Positions 26,950 through 50,700 are shown, counted from the stretch's first letter. The stretch is 64,000 nt of DNA from Amoebidium appalachense (GCA_963693365.1 CAVNZM010000015.1:4657502-4721501); one strand, 5' to 3'. Numbers and translations: made by a program. The notes: generated by a model from the letters alone, not told the origin.

Positions 26950-27034
26950 CAAGAGCCATGTGATCAGCCGTATGAAGATTGAAAAGAACCCCCGAGCAAA
27001 CAGGCAGAGGTCAAACTATTCCAATTATTCTTAA
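20088..27034 (+). CDS. Divergent T-box transcription factor (~628 aa); exons 20088-20278, 20876-21648, 22635-22828, 23468-23776, 24668-24792, 25656-25864, 26948-27034; one extra base at the C6 run 24708-24713
   Basis: VSLLDVSLWRELHSCGNEMVIATGGRRMFPPLRFSIYNLDPDTRY...DDS|FWKY...WVKA/...YVHPTSPTTG|AEWMSGPISFANLRLTN...YRPHIYI...FEETAFIAVTQ|YKSHVISRMKIEKNPRA follows the T-box consensus over its whole length. Exon sum is 1888 nt (3n+1), matching the single frameshift. N-terminal exons are phase-compatible but have no motif support. Confidence 0.9.
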
Positions 27035-27813
27035 AGGAGGGTTTCTTTTGGGCCGATTATAGGCCCTTTCGGGTCGGGCCAAAAAACTGTTTGATGCGCA
27101 TGACGCCAATCACAAAGTGTATCTCGACTTCGAGTATGACCGGATCCCTAAAAGAAGCCCACTCTAGGGAAGCTAAGCGATATTTACTTATGGGTTGAAC
27201 GAAGCTGGTGATTTTTGTTTACATGGAAGTGGCAGTATTGTGTGTTTGTAGGAAGAACGTGTGAATTGGATGTATGGGGCTGCTTGCAGCACGCATTTCT
27301 CGTGTAAAGATTCAGAGGGAAATTTCGGCATCTTTTTTTTTTTTTTTTTTTTTTTTTTTGAATATTGGGAGATTACTTGAGCATGTAAAACCGTTACTAT
27401 GGGGTTTGTTTTTACGTCTAATTGTGGTATTAACGTGTGTTTCTGTGGTGAAGTTAGTAGGTTTTTGAAAATTGTTATCCTCACGATTCTTCGGAGTTTT
27501 CGGTATTCAAAAATTGGTTAACGTATGCAGAAAGATCGTTTTTGACTCTCTTTAAAGTCTTGTGTTTTCATGGTTTTCGGTGAATTCGAAAGAGAAAACC
27601 CTTCAAGTATCGGTATGATTTTGTGTGACCCTGAGATAGTAATACCTTGATCATTTCTTGCATGCACGCATGAATTTTCGGTGTGGGACCGGGCAAAGCA
27701 TTGCTCAAAAAGGCAACAAGAAATTCAAACATGAGACTTCATGTATTCATTCGAAAATAAATATCGCGCATCATGTTGTTTCGCTTTAAACCCTCCCTCC
27801 CTCCCTCCCTCCC

Positions 27814-27854
<41 letters not shown>

Positions 27855-28189
27855 TCCCTCCCCCCCCCCCCCCCCCCCCCTTTTCTGCGGTCCCTGCCAC
27901 ACACACATACGGACACACACACACACACCATGCCCTCCCCCCCCCCCCCCCCCCCCCGGCCCCCCGCGCCTTCACCAGCCCACGGCCTCACTTCACTCAA
28001 CTTTCAGCCAGAGCGCATTCCCCCTCCCCCCCCCCCCCCCCCCCCCCACCCACCCACCCACCCACCTCCGGATGGTGGTGGCGGTGCATGTTGTGATGGT
28101 GCTGGTGGTGGTGGGATCTAGGTAGCACAGTTTGAGCCGGAATAACTTTAAAGGCCACAACCTAAGGCTTGTGCGGGGCCCCGGGGATG

Positions 28190-28223
<34 letters not shown>

Positions 28224-28803
28224 GGCGGAGGGGCAAGTGAGGGGAGGGTATGTGTGTGTGTGTGGGTGTGTGTGTGGCTCAGGGAGGGAGGGGGAGAGGG
28301 GGGGGGGGGGGGAGGGGAGGGCAAGTGAACCCATTCCATTTCATGTACATGTAAAATACGCAATACCCCCCCCCCCCCCCCCCCCCATTTTCTCCTTTCT
28401 CTTTTTTTAAAAAAAAAAAGCTTTTCTTTAAAATAAATTTGGGTGGGGGAAGGTTGGGAGGGAGGGACGGAGAGGAGTGGCCGGTAATAATACGAGTCAG
28501 TGTGGACCTATGGACACTGGAATCCACGGAGGGGTATCGTATCCGAACGGGAATTTATTGACCATGAAAGGTAACCATATCGAATATTTAAATGGCTAAA
28601 AGCACGGCGAATGCACCGCCAACCAATCAGTGCAAGGCACGGGAATGTTATATGTACGAAGAACCAAACAGAAGTCAGGCTGCATATCTATATTGTATTT
28701 GGAGGTGGGTGCTAAACACACCCATACCTATACGTGCTTGATTCTGTATCAGTGTCAATATCTTCTTAGTTTATTGGTGCTTTATAGAGCAAGAAAACCC
28801 TCA

Positions 28804-28930
28804 TATATAACATCACCTGACTATGCACCTGATATGATAACGCTAATATATAACATCACCCGACTATGCACCTAATATGATAACCCTATTATATAACATC
28901 ACCCGACTATCCACCTGATATGATAACGCT
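28804..28930. repeat. Three tandem copies of a 43-bp unit
   Basis: TATATAACATCACC(T/C)GACTATGCACCTGATATGATAACGCTAA starting at 28804, 28847 and 28890. Confidence 0.92.
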
Positions 28931-29006
28931 GAGGGGATATACCAAGCAAAAACCCCAATAGCTGAGACTGGTCTCTCGTGTGCCTCGAGTAAACAGCGTA
29001 AACACC
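28890..29006 (+). mobile_element. Short fragment homologous (inverted) to the decayed element at ~49735-49860
   Basis: CGCTGAGGGGATAT...AGCAAAAACCCC...CTGAGACTGGT...TGCCTCGAGTAAACAGCGTAAAC occurs here and as the reverse complement at 49735-49820. Confidence 0.75.
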
Positions 29007-30009
29007 ATCATAAGTATGTACAGATAATTTGTATGTACCTGCGCATGCCTGGAATCTAAATTTTGGTTCATATTGGAATAAGCTGAAGTTTTGGCAAATG
29101 TTGAAGACATGAGACTTACTTTTATGCCGTTTTCCTTCTTCTTTTTTCTCAACGTACGCTTCGCTCTAGATTTCGCTGTTGAACGAAACCCAAAACCCAG
29201 AAGTCTACTGGTGAATGGTTCTTGGAAAATTTCAAAGGGGGCTCTGCGTGACTAAAAGACGAAAGAAACCACCACCACCAAATCTTGCAAGCATGTACGA
29301 ACTATCTATGACTGCAAACCGCAACCGAGCTCCTGATATCTCGCTGAGTCTTTACGTAAAATATACACGGACTGTGCTACTAACATTAATACCCCCCCCC
29401 CCCCCCCCCCCCCCCCAAACAGACAGGGAGACACACACACTGGAGGGGAGTTCTGGGAAGGGGGAGGGGGGGGGGGGGGAGGGGGGGAGGAGGAGCCCGG
29501 GCGGGAGGGGCATAGGCCTCTCCTGCAAATGCGGGGTCACGTGTAGATGCTCAGCAAATGATCTTTAAATTTATGGCAACGGAGCCTGCGTACGACTGTT
29601 TGAAATTTGAAGCGTACATTTGCGGTCGTGTTTGCAGAGTGTTTGGGGGGCCCTGGCGTGGAGCGGGGAGGATGGGTTGGTGGTGGTGTTGGGGGGGAGG
29701 GGGGGGAAGGAGGGGGGGAGGGCAGCACACACACACGCACACACACATACGCCATTCCCCTATCCCCTCTCCGCCCCCCACGTATCACTGGCCTTTCTTT
29801 AGGTGCAACCGTCGATGGGCGGCTGAAATTTTGTGCCAGCCACAGGATTCTCAAAAGATCCGTTATTATGGTTTACATACCAACATGTTTACCCACCCCT
29901 CGCGCAACGCCTACTGTCTTTTTCTTCCCTGTCAGTGTCGTGCATCGACATGAGGCTCCAATCGGCGCGCTGACATCGTAACTTTATATGGCTAGCAAAT
30001 AACTCGACA

Positions 30010-30122
30010 TGTGATTGGTCAACGCAGACAAAAACTCACATTCCTAAGATTTCTTCTGGCAAGTATTGATTGGATAACGCTCGGATAACGAAGATGACGA
30101 CATTCCACCATAAAGTATAAAA
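30010..30122 (+). promoter_or_regulatory. Putative core promoter of the Cys-rich gene
   Basis: Two GATTGG (inverted CCAAT) near 30013 and 30068, and TATAAAA at 30116-30122, ~170 bp upstream of ATG 30290. Confidence 0.4.
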
Positions 30123-30289
30123 ACAAAACCTCGTGTCACTTTGATCACATGCAATCAAAAGTTTTCCCACTGACACAACGGTCAGCGTAAAGTGAAATAC
30201 AGAAGTGATTTACAAGTTCTTACACTTCGCAATTCCTTTTACCACACTTGCAAAAGCCTTCGCTTTTTTATTCCCTTATTCCGAAGAAA

Positions 30290-30884
30290 ATGGCAGCCGC
30301 TGTTATCCTCCAGTCAACTGCCGCCCTTGCGTCCGCCCTCGCCTCCATCGGTTCCCCCATGCCCGTGGCCTGTGTGCCCGATTGCATGGCAGCCTATGAC
30401 GCCACAAGCAATCTCCCGGCCCTGCGCGTCTGCGTAAAAACCTGCGCCCAAACTGCTTTCTCAAGAACACCCCAAGACACAGAAGATATTCCATGGTCAT
30501 TTGCAGCCGGCCGGAGAGCTGCCCCTCTTGCAGCTGCAGCCGTGGCCAGCGCCCAGGACGGGGTGTCGTTTCGGCTGCCGGGCGCCAACCTGCCAGAAAG
30601 CACACTTTCAGGGTATGTGCCGAGCTAAGCCAAAGGCGATGACAGGGTGGTTGTGGGGTCTGTGGGTGTGGCAAAACACCGCGTACAGGCCAGGGCCGCA
30701 TTCAGGCCTGCTGGGAGGGTGGTGGGTGGCCGAGGGGGGAGGCGCCGGCGGCACAGGTGCGCGTGAAGGATGACAGCTATCTGGAGTGCAAGGCCAACTG
30801 CTCCTCAACTGGGCGGGAATCGACGGCCAGCAGCTGAAGCTCTGCAACTCAAAATGCTGCCGCCTATGGCATCGCTTCTGCTGA
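30290..30884 (+). pseudogene. Small, probably secreted Cys-rich protein with two CxxxC-(x)n-CxxxC modules; reading frame disrupted in this assembly
   Basis: Ala-rich hydrophobic N-terminus; module 1 CVPDC-x15-CVKTC (30371-30445); TAA 30626-30628; module 2 YLECKANCS/NWAGIDGQQLKLCNSKCCRLWHRFC* split by a frameshift at ~30802-30806. GC-rich, coding-like sequence throughout. Confidence 0.5.
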
Positions 30885-31453
30885 AGGTTGAGGGTTGTAT
30901 TGTCTAGGACATATATGTATGTACACTTGTGCACGAAATGCCATCCCCGGCCCAGCTAATAGTTTTGAAAGCTGGACCACTCTCATGTGTATGTGGTGCA
31001 GATAATTGATCTCATTCTGCCTGGAGGTTTAAGCAGATGAGAGCCGTAGGTAGCCTCTGGGAGGTGAAAATGAAGTACTGTGTGACACGGACACTTTCAG
31101 TCGGACAGCAATAAAATATGTGGAAGTGATGCATATTATCAGCCAATCATATGAGGTTTTGGTGTTTTCTGGCGCTCTATTGGCTCAAAGGGTATCCTGA
31201 GGAATGTCTCCACTCATACTCATCGCGTGACGTCCCTCCCACGGCCGTCTCGAAAATTCTATTTTTATCTTTTTATTTTCAGTAACACCCTTACGTTTTG
31301 GTTGTATCAATATCCGGTGTTCCAGAGGGCCGTAGTCCCCCTCCGTCCCTCGGACCCATTCCTCGGCCTCTCTCACACCTCCAAGAGTCCGAACCCTCGA
31401 CTCCCTCAAGCTCTCTCTTTCACCACTAGCTTTCACAGTTCCATTTAGTAAAC

Positions 31454-32169
31454 ATGTCATCAACGGGTTTCGACGGGGCCATTTCCCCTTTACGCTTACA
31501 CACAGCAGTGGCGGCCATTCTTCTTCTAGGAACAGTGATTTTCAGTCACTTTGAACCGCTTCAATGCCCCACGTTGCTTGATTCTTTCTACTTCACCGCT
31601 ATTGTTTTAACGACAATAGGTTTTGGGGATATCATCCCCCTTACGCCAGAAGGGAGACTAGCGACGGTCGTTTTGACTATTCTTGGTGCGGGCCTGTTTT
31701 CTATATACGTGAGTGAGGTGGGAAGGTGGAGAAAGGCTGGAGTTTCGGGCATTGCCTGGGATATAGGTATTTTGGAATTTGTTTGTTTTGTTAATCTCTC
31801 TTGGTCTGATCTATTTTACCCCCATTACCTCCCATCCCCTTGCTGTACTCGTGTGCGCACGCAGCTTGTGCTTTCTCATATACAAGTGTGTATACGTTCT
31901 CTCTTCCTTCCTCTCTCTCTCTCTCTCTCTCTCTCCCCGCCCCTCCCTCCCTCTGCCTCTTTCTCCCTCTCTGCCTCCCTCTCTCCCTCCCTCTCTTTCT
32001 CTCTCTCGCTCTCTCGCTCTCTCTCTCTCTCTCCCTCCCTCCCTCCCTCTTTCTCTCTCTCTCTCACTCTCCCTCTCCCTTCGTCCCTCCCTCCCCACCC
32101 TCCCTCTCTCTCCCCCCCCCCCCCCCTCCCCCCCCCCCCCCCCCCCCCTCACACACACACACACACACA

Positions 32170-32210
<41 letters not shown>

Positions 32211-32302
32211 TTCTCTCCCCCCCCCCCCCCCCCCCCCCCCGTTCCATTTGAGGCGTACCCCAAACCCTGCAACAGTCCCCCGTTGTCTTCATATCCACAC
32301 AT

Positions 32303-32390
<88 letters not shown>

Positions 32391-33207
32391 CACATGCACG
32401 CACGCACGCACGCACGCACGGCTTACGCGCGCACACACACACACTACCCACGCACACAGGCCTATCACCTCTTTCCTTCTCCCTGCTTTGCCTACTTACG
32501 TTTTTTCCATCTACTTCAAAAAAATCTCCCCATTCAACCCCCCCCCCCCCCCCCCCCCCCCCCCCTTCCCCCCCAACACACACACACACACGCATGTCCC
32601 CATCCTGCATCTGGATAAAAAAAACCCCATGTAGGTATTTTCTCCAATGACCGAAGCTGGATGACTAACCCCCCTCCCCCCACCCCTTCCCCCCCCCCCC
32701 TCCCCCCCCCCCCCCCCCCCACACACACACACCAAACATACACACACACACACACACACAAACACCGAAAGGCAAACAAACTCCACCCCTCCTTCCCTGC
32801 CCCCCGCCCTCTTGCCTGCTCCTCAACTTCAACACACATACATCCCCCCTCCACCCCCCTCCCCCCCCCCTTCCCCCCGCCCTTCCCCTTCCCCCTCACC
32901 CCACCACCCCCTCCTCCCCCCGCTCCCCCCCCCCCCCCCCCCCCCCCCTCCCCCCCCCTTCCCCTTCCACCCTCCCCCTCCCTCCCCCTCCCCCTCCCCC
33001 CCCCCCTCCCTCTCTCCCCCCTCCACACACACACACAGTGCTTCTTGTGCAATCGCTAGTGCTTGGTGTGTTTCTGTCTCTGTATCTTGACGATGAGAAA
33101 CTACCCCGTACCGTGTATGATGCTGTCTACTTTGCTGCTGCTACAGGAACAACACTCGGTTTTGGTGACTTCCATCCTTCCACCCCACTTGCAAAGGTAA
33201 CCTCCGA

Positions 33208-33241
<34 letters not shown>

Positions 33242-33374
33242 CCCACTTGGGCCCTCCCTGAGGATGGGCTCTGCTTATGACGCATACTGTGCGCATGGCT
33301 ATGTTGCATACTTGAATGTTTGCCTTTGCATGTGTCCTTCGTGTATGCGTACTTCGTACCGTGTTCCGCATTCA

Positions 33375-33408
<34 letters not shown>

Positions 33409-33742
33409 CCCGCCCCCGGCCCCCCAATACGCACACACACACCCACACACACAGACACATACACATACTTTGTAACACATTTCCCCCCCCTCCCCCCTCT
33501 CCCTCCCAAAAAAAAAAAAAATACAAAAAAAAGAATAACAATAATGACCCATTCAACCCGGGTGGCTAGCAACTTACGCCCTCACCACACACACAGACAC
33601 ACAAAAGCCTCTGAAACTGCAAATACATGCTTCCCTCCCTCACACCTTTTCAGCCTCCCCCCCCCCCCCCCCCCCCCATTTTTCTGAAGTTTTGTTGTCC
33701 TGTGGAGTCTCCTCCGTATTTCCAACCCTCTAACGCATACAT

Positions 33743-33783
<41 letters not shown>

Positions 33784-34507
33784 CCCCCACAGGTGAAAAA
33801 AAAAAGGGAAAGAAAAAGAAGAAAGAAAGAAAGGGGGGGAAGGCGGGGATGGGGGGGGAAGAAGAAGAAAAGAAGGCACCAACCCACCAACAGAAAAAAA
33901 AAAACACAGAAATACGGGAAACGAAAAAAAAACTCCTGCTTTCCATGGTGCCCCACATTTCATTGTTCACGTGATCGAATGAAGTGACTGTGCGCAAAAA
34001 TGGTGTGTGTATAGGTTCTAATGTATAATGGTGCTTTTGTATTTTCTAATATGTAATGGTGTGTGTATAGGTTCTAAAGTATGATGGTATGTGTGTATAC
34101 GTAGGTTCTAATTTATGATAGTGTGTGTGTAGGTTCTAATATGTAATGGTGTGTTTGTAAGTTCTAATATGTAATGCTGTGTGTGTAGGTTCTAATAGTA
34201 ATGCTGTGTGTGTATTTTCTAATGTGTAATGGCGTGTGTGTATACGTAGGTTCTAATGTATAATGTTGTGTGTGTAGGTTCTATTGCATAATGCTGTGTG
34301 TATATGTTCTAATTATAATGGTGTATGAATAGGTTCTAATATGTGATGGTGTGTGTGTAGGTTCTGGTGCTGGTGTATGCCATCTACTCATTGCACGTTT
34401 GGGCTGTGGTCATTGGTCACGTGGGCAACGCCGTAAGACCCCTTCTGGTGGTAAAGGAGGAGGCTGGGGCTAAGCCCAAGGGGGGTAAGAAGAAGAAAAC
34501 GGCCTAA
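31454..34507 (+). CDS. Compact two-pore-domain (4TM/2P) potassium channel, 205 aa; exons 31454-31766, 33039-33196, 34361-34507
   Basis: Pore loops DSFYFTAIVLTTIGFGDIIPLT and DAVYFAAATGTTLGFGDFHPST, each flanked by hydrophobic helices; GT-AG junctions in phase; ends KPKGGKKKKTA*. Confidence 0.92.
33244..33377 (+). mobile_element. Family A intronic element copy
   Basis: CTTGGGCCCTCCCTGAGGATGGGCTCTGCTTATGACGCATAC...GTACTTCGTACCGTGTTCCGCATTCAAA+polyC; close match to the reverse complement of 40174-40325. Confidence 0.8.
33999..34365 (+). repeat. Minisatellite of 13 units (~27-34 bp; AATATGTAATGGTGTGTGTGTAGGTTCT) whose last unit is the predicted splice acceptor
   Basis: TTCT cores recur from ~34016 to 34362; nine units contain TAGGTTCT; exon 3 begins at TAG|GTTCTG 34361. 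Confidence 0.92.
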
Positions 34508-35346
34508 GATGAAAGATGGGTACGTTGGTGACGGGGTTAAACGCTAATGAAGTAAGAAGAAACTGGCCTAAAAAGGAAAATGGGTGCGTTGGTGTTGGGG
34601 TTAAGTGGAATTTCAAGGAGAGGGAGGGCATAGTCAACCTAAAGCCAAGTAGGACGCGTGCGGATGTGCGTAACACAAAATTAATGATTTTTATGTTGAG
34701 GAGCCAGGAAATTGCGAGTTTGTAGACACATGCCTGCACCTTGGCTCTCTTCACATACTATTTTAAAAAACCCCGGAATTTAGATTCCGTAATTAACAGA
34801 TTCCAGTCTTGTGAGGCAGACATGTAAGTGTTAAATTCATATATAAACAGGGGTAGAAGTTATCAACCCTGGGGTGTGGTGACATACATTGGTAGAAGTG
34901 TTGGGTAGTAGGCTTGGTTTGGCAATACGGCATGACCACATTGACACGCAAATTTGGTGTAAAAAAACGGAAATTAAGCGGTTTTTTTATTGAATTTTTA
35001 CTGTTGCCGTGGGAGAATGGGAGTTGAATGATGCAACATAAGCTGGTCTTATGTTTAAACTTTGAGATCTAGAGGATGTAAGCTGCCTTTTTTATTTTTC
35101 TAATTTTTATATTTATATTGTTTGTGGTTGTGTGGTTTTGTGTGTGTGGGTCAGTTGGTGAAGGCCCCCCGGGGGAGGGAGGAGGGGGTGTTGGGCAGTT
35201 TGAATTTCCATAGTGTTATGTATTTGGTTCACGGATGATTCTCAAATGGTCGATCGAGGAGTAAGTGTCGGGGTGTGTAAATGAAGAGAGGAACGAGCTT
35301 CTCTCCATCACTTCTGTGCATGTGAGTCTGGAAGCCACAAATTGAA

Positions 35347-35398
<52 letters not shown>

Positions 35399-35573
35399 AC
35401 ACACAAACACACACACCACACACCGCCCCCACCACAACCCACCCACCCATGCAAAAAAGGAAAATAAAAGAAAGAAAGAAAGAATTGAAGGGGGAGAAAA
35501 GAAAAGAAAACGTAAACATGGGCTAGGCACAAGAAAATACACACGTTAACACCCACACCCACACCCACACACC

Positions 35574-35653
<80 letters not shown>

Positions 35654-35794
35654 TCTGTGTGCGAGGACAGATAGTTCCGGGGAGGAGGGGGGGGGGGGGA
35701 AGGGAGACAGAGAGAGCTGAGAGAGGAGACAGGAGAGAGAGAGGCTACACATTCTTTCGAATAGTGCACTCTTCCGTCTCAATCTGTGTACGTA

Positions 35795-35825
<31 letters not shown>

Positions 35826-35829
35826 ACAA

Positions 35830-36023
35830 CACATCAACAGCTATGCAGCCTTGTGTGGCACTGCCCAAAAAGGGCGATCAGATATATGGAAAAATGACCA
35901 ATCCGTGTACTCGATTTAACTTTATTGGCCTGGGCCCGCCATGAGCCACTTGGTGACGTCAGTACATGCGTCAAAATGTCTCAGCAAGAAAAGCCGACAG
36001 ACACCTTTCCATATCAATATTAC

Positions 36024-36071
<48 letters not shown>

Positions 36072-36190
36072 CGCGGCCACCACCCCCGCCCCTCCCGTAA
36101 TACAACCGTGATCAGATGTGCATCGGTCGCTAAGAATAGATATTCGATCAGAAAGAAGTGTAAGGTGTGTCAAAAACGAACAGGCGTTTG
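35830..36190 (+). mobile_element. Possible decayed piggyBac-like transposase C-terminal fragment
   Basis: Broken frames give INSYAA..., YGKMT..., GHHP...RKKCKVCQKRT, resembling the piggyBac 'NSY...' helix and the start of the Cys-rich tail; no TIRs or DDD core seen. Confidence 0.3.
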
Positions 36191-36639
36191 ATCTGATTTC
36201 CATACGAATTGATGGCAAAACACTGTAAAATCGACACCCATTCGAGCACAAACGCACAAAAATCCTTTGTTTGGTGTGTGGTGATGTGTGTGTATTTGTT
36301 GTGTGAGTGTGTGTGTGTGTCAGTGGATGCGTGGGTGGGTGCCTAGGTGCCTAGGTGTGTGCACGTGTGTGTGTGTGTGTGTGTGCGCGCGCGCTCACGT
36401 GCAATTTAAGACAGCCAAGGGAAGACCACCGACATTTACCCCCTCCCCCTCCCTCCCCTCCCCCCCCCCTTCTCCATCCCCTCTCAAAGGCGGCCAAAAA
36501 AAAAACAAAAAAACAAAAAAAAAAAAACAACCTAAAGTATACCAGAAATATTTACAGTGGCAGACAGTCATGACAATTACAGCGGTAAAACAAAAACAAA
36601 CAGTCAATTATCCTGCACCTTTAAAACCTTAACAGCCAA

Positions 36640-48365
<11,726 letters not shown>

Positions 48366-49039
48366 GTTCGCTGTTGTCGCTCAAGGTAACAAAGAGAAGG
48401 TTGTGGGGAACCTGAGGTGTGAAAGGGAGTAAGGGAGTAAGGGTAAGGGGGTTGGTGAAGACGGACTATTTGTGTGTGTGCAGGGAACAGGAGCGCGGAG
48501 GGAGATGGGGGGGGTGAGGGGATAATGAATGTGCCATATGTTAACAAGACTTCGGCTTCGCAGTGTTGACGACCACATTATCTGAACAACCTTAACCTAT
48601 TTTGTCCATGTTGAACAAAAGCAAAAATTTAGCTATTGAGCCACAGGAATCCAGATGACTCAATGGCAAGAGTTGAGAAAGGAAACCAAATTAAAAAGTA
48701 AGAATGAAACAATAGTTAGGCGAATGCCGTGGGAAATGGCACATAAAGCCCTAAAGGAACGGTACATAAATAAACTATGTTAATGTCCAAGTGCTTGAGA
48801 TAATGATCGTGTATGTGTGTGTGGGATAGCCAGGTAATATTGGGTGGACGTTCTGCAGTCATGAAATTCTCTCCCCCCCTCTCCCCGTTCCCCTAGTCCC
48901 CTCCCCACATCTCTCTTTGTGTGTTTGTGTATGTGTGTGTGCGTGTGCGTGGGCGTGTGTGAATGTACCACGTGTTTTGTGTATATGTCTATATTTATGT
49001 GAGCGCCTGATCGTGTGCTAATTTACCTGCCGAGGGTGG

Positions 49040-49096
<57 letters not shown>

Positions 49097-49499
49097 GGCA
49101 TGTTTGTTTATCAACGATTGTTTGTGTCTCTCGATCTGTGTTTGTGTGTATGCCGTGTGTGGGTGAGTAAGCGAGAGGGATGTGTGAGCGTGCGTGCGTT
49201 TGTGTCTTTTGCACATGCTTGTACAATAATATGTACTGTTGAAGTGATGGCACACCGTGCTTGCGAGGTGGCGGGTGCTTTGTGGATGTGCGGAGGATGG
49301 ATGCCAGTGAGAAGTGTTGCAAGCGACTTCCAATGGGTGTGGACGGAATCAACGATGAACAGCCACAAAAAGCAGTGCAGCAAAGAGGCATGAAAAGGTG
49401 TGGGGGAGAGAGAGAGTGAGCGGAGAAGGAGGGGAGAGGAGGTGGGAGGGGACGGGGGGGAAGCTCGAGCGGGGAGACGCATGAAAGACCTACTCTTTC

Positions 49500-50700
49500 T
49501 ATCACTGATGCGCCACTAGATGTCATCTCTTGTGTGCTCTTAAATCCACAGATATGAACCAACAAGCGTTCTTAGGCCTAAGGCCTTCAAAGTCTTGAAC
49601 CTGCTCTTTTTGTCAACTGCGAGTCATGAGCTCTCGGACAGTTGTCAGATCAAACTACAGCACCGATGCACGCATAACACTCAGATCGAGAAGTGTGTCT
49701 CGTTTAGTTCTTTCTAGTGAGAGATCGCGTAGGGGTTTACGCTGTTTACTCGAGGCAAAGAGAACCAGTCTCAGGTATGGGGGGGGGGGTTTTTGCTCGG
49801 AATATCCCCTCAGCGGTATATCATGATCACGTACATAGATGTCGGGTGGTGACTATATATCAGGGTTTACTTTCTCTACGAGACACCATAAAGACTACAA
49901 GGAGAAATCAATTAGTTGGGGTTCAGAGAGTTGAAAAACTTTAAAACCAAAGAAATATAGATAGGAAAATCCTGAAAGTCATATATTTGGAATTCTAACC
50001 CAGATCCACTTATATTCAGTCATACTGAACCTATAGCTACTCAGTAAGAGAATTGCTTTTTGGTGGCCATTTCTTACTGGATGAGCGCTCATCCAATCCG
50101 TCCAAAGTTGCAATTGCTTCAACCAATAACAACGAGGCACCTGTGAGTCATGTTCCCCATAGACCGGGGCTGACGATTTAGGGGGACAAAACCCAAACAA
50201 ACTGTGCATGCGGGCACACGCACACAAACACACGTGTTATTCAAGTTCTCTTGGCGAATTCACGGTTTTCTAATAGCGTCGCAACATGAACTTCAGTGAA
50301 AAAGAAACACTAAACAATCGCATACGGACTGCTTCGGGGATAGTGGCCTACAAGAGGCTTATGGTCAATAAAAATGCCCACTGCCGAGAATAAAAAGTAG
50401 ACTTGCACAACTAGGTAAATGCATGAGACTTCCACCAGTGCTCGTACACGTGGTGGATGAAACTGCCCGAGAGCTAGTCTAGAGGGCCCCGCGGGACACA
50501 GGGTGCCGCAATAACACGAGGTTTCTTTCATCAGTAAGCGCCCATGCAATACCTCCCAGGTATTTACAGACCTGTACTATTTTCGTGCTCGAACCAACTT
50601 CGAGAATGGTCACGCGAATGAGTCGTAAGCAAAAGGACTCAGCCTGAAGCCTGGTATGAGTTTGACAGCTTATATAGCGGCTTTCGTACAAGAAGGTGTT
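49500..50700 (-). mobile_element. Decayed non-LTR retrotransposon ORF2 C-terminal part
   Basis: Broken minus-strand frames give, in the expected order, IVQVCKYLG, FGFCPPKSSAPVYGE...YW, PPYLRL and ACWFISVDL, resembling LINE RT thumb and C-terminal motifs; many stops and frameshifts; a second fragment lies at 28890-29006. Confidence 0.5.
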
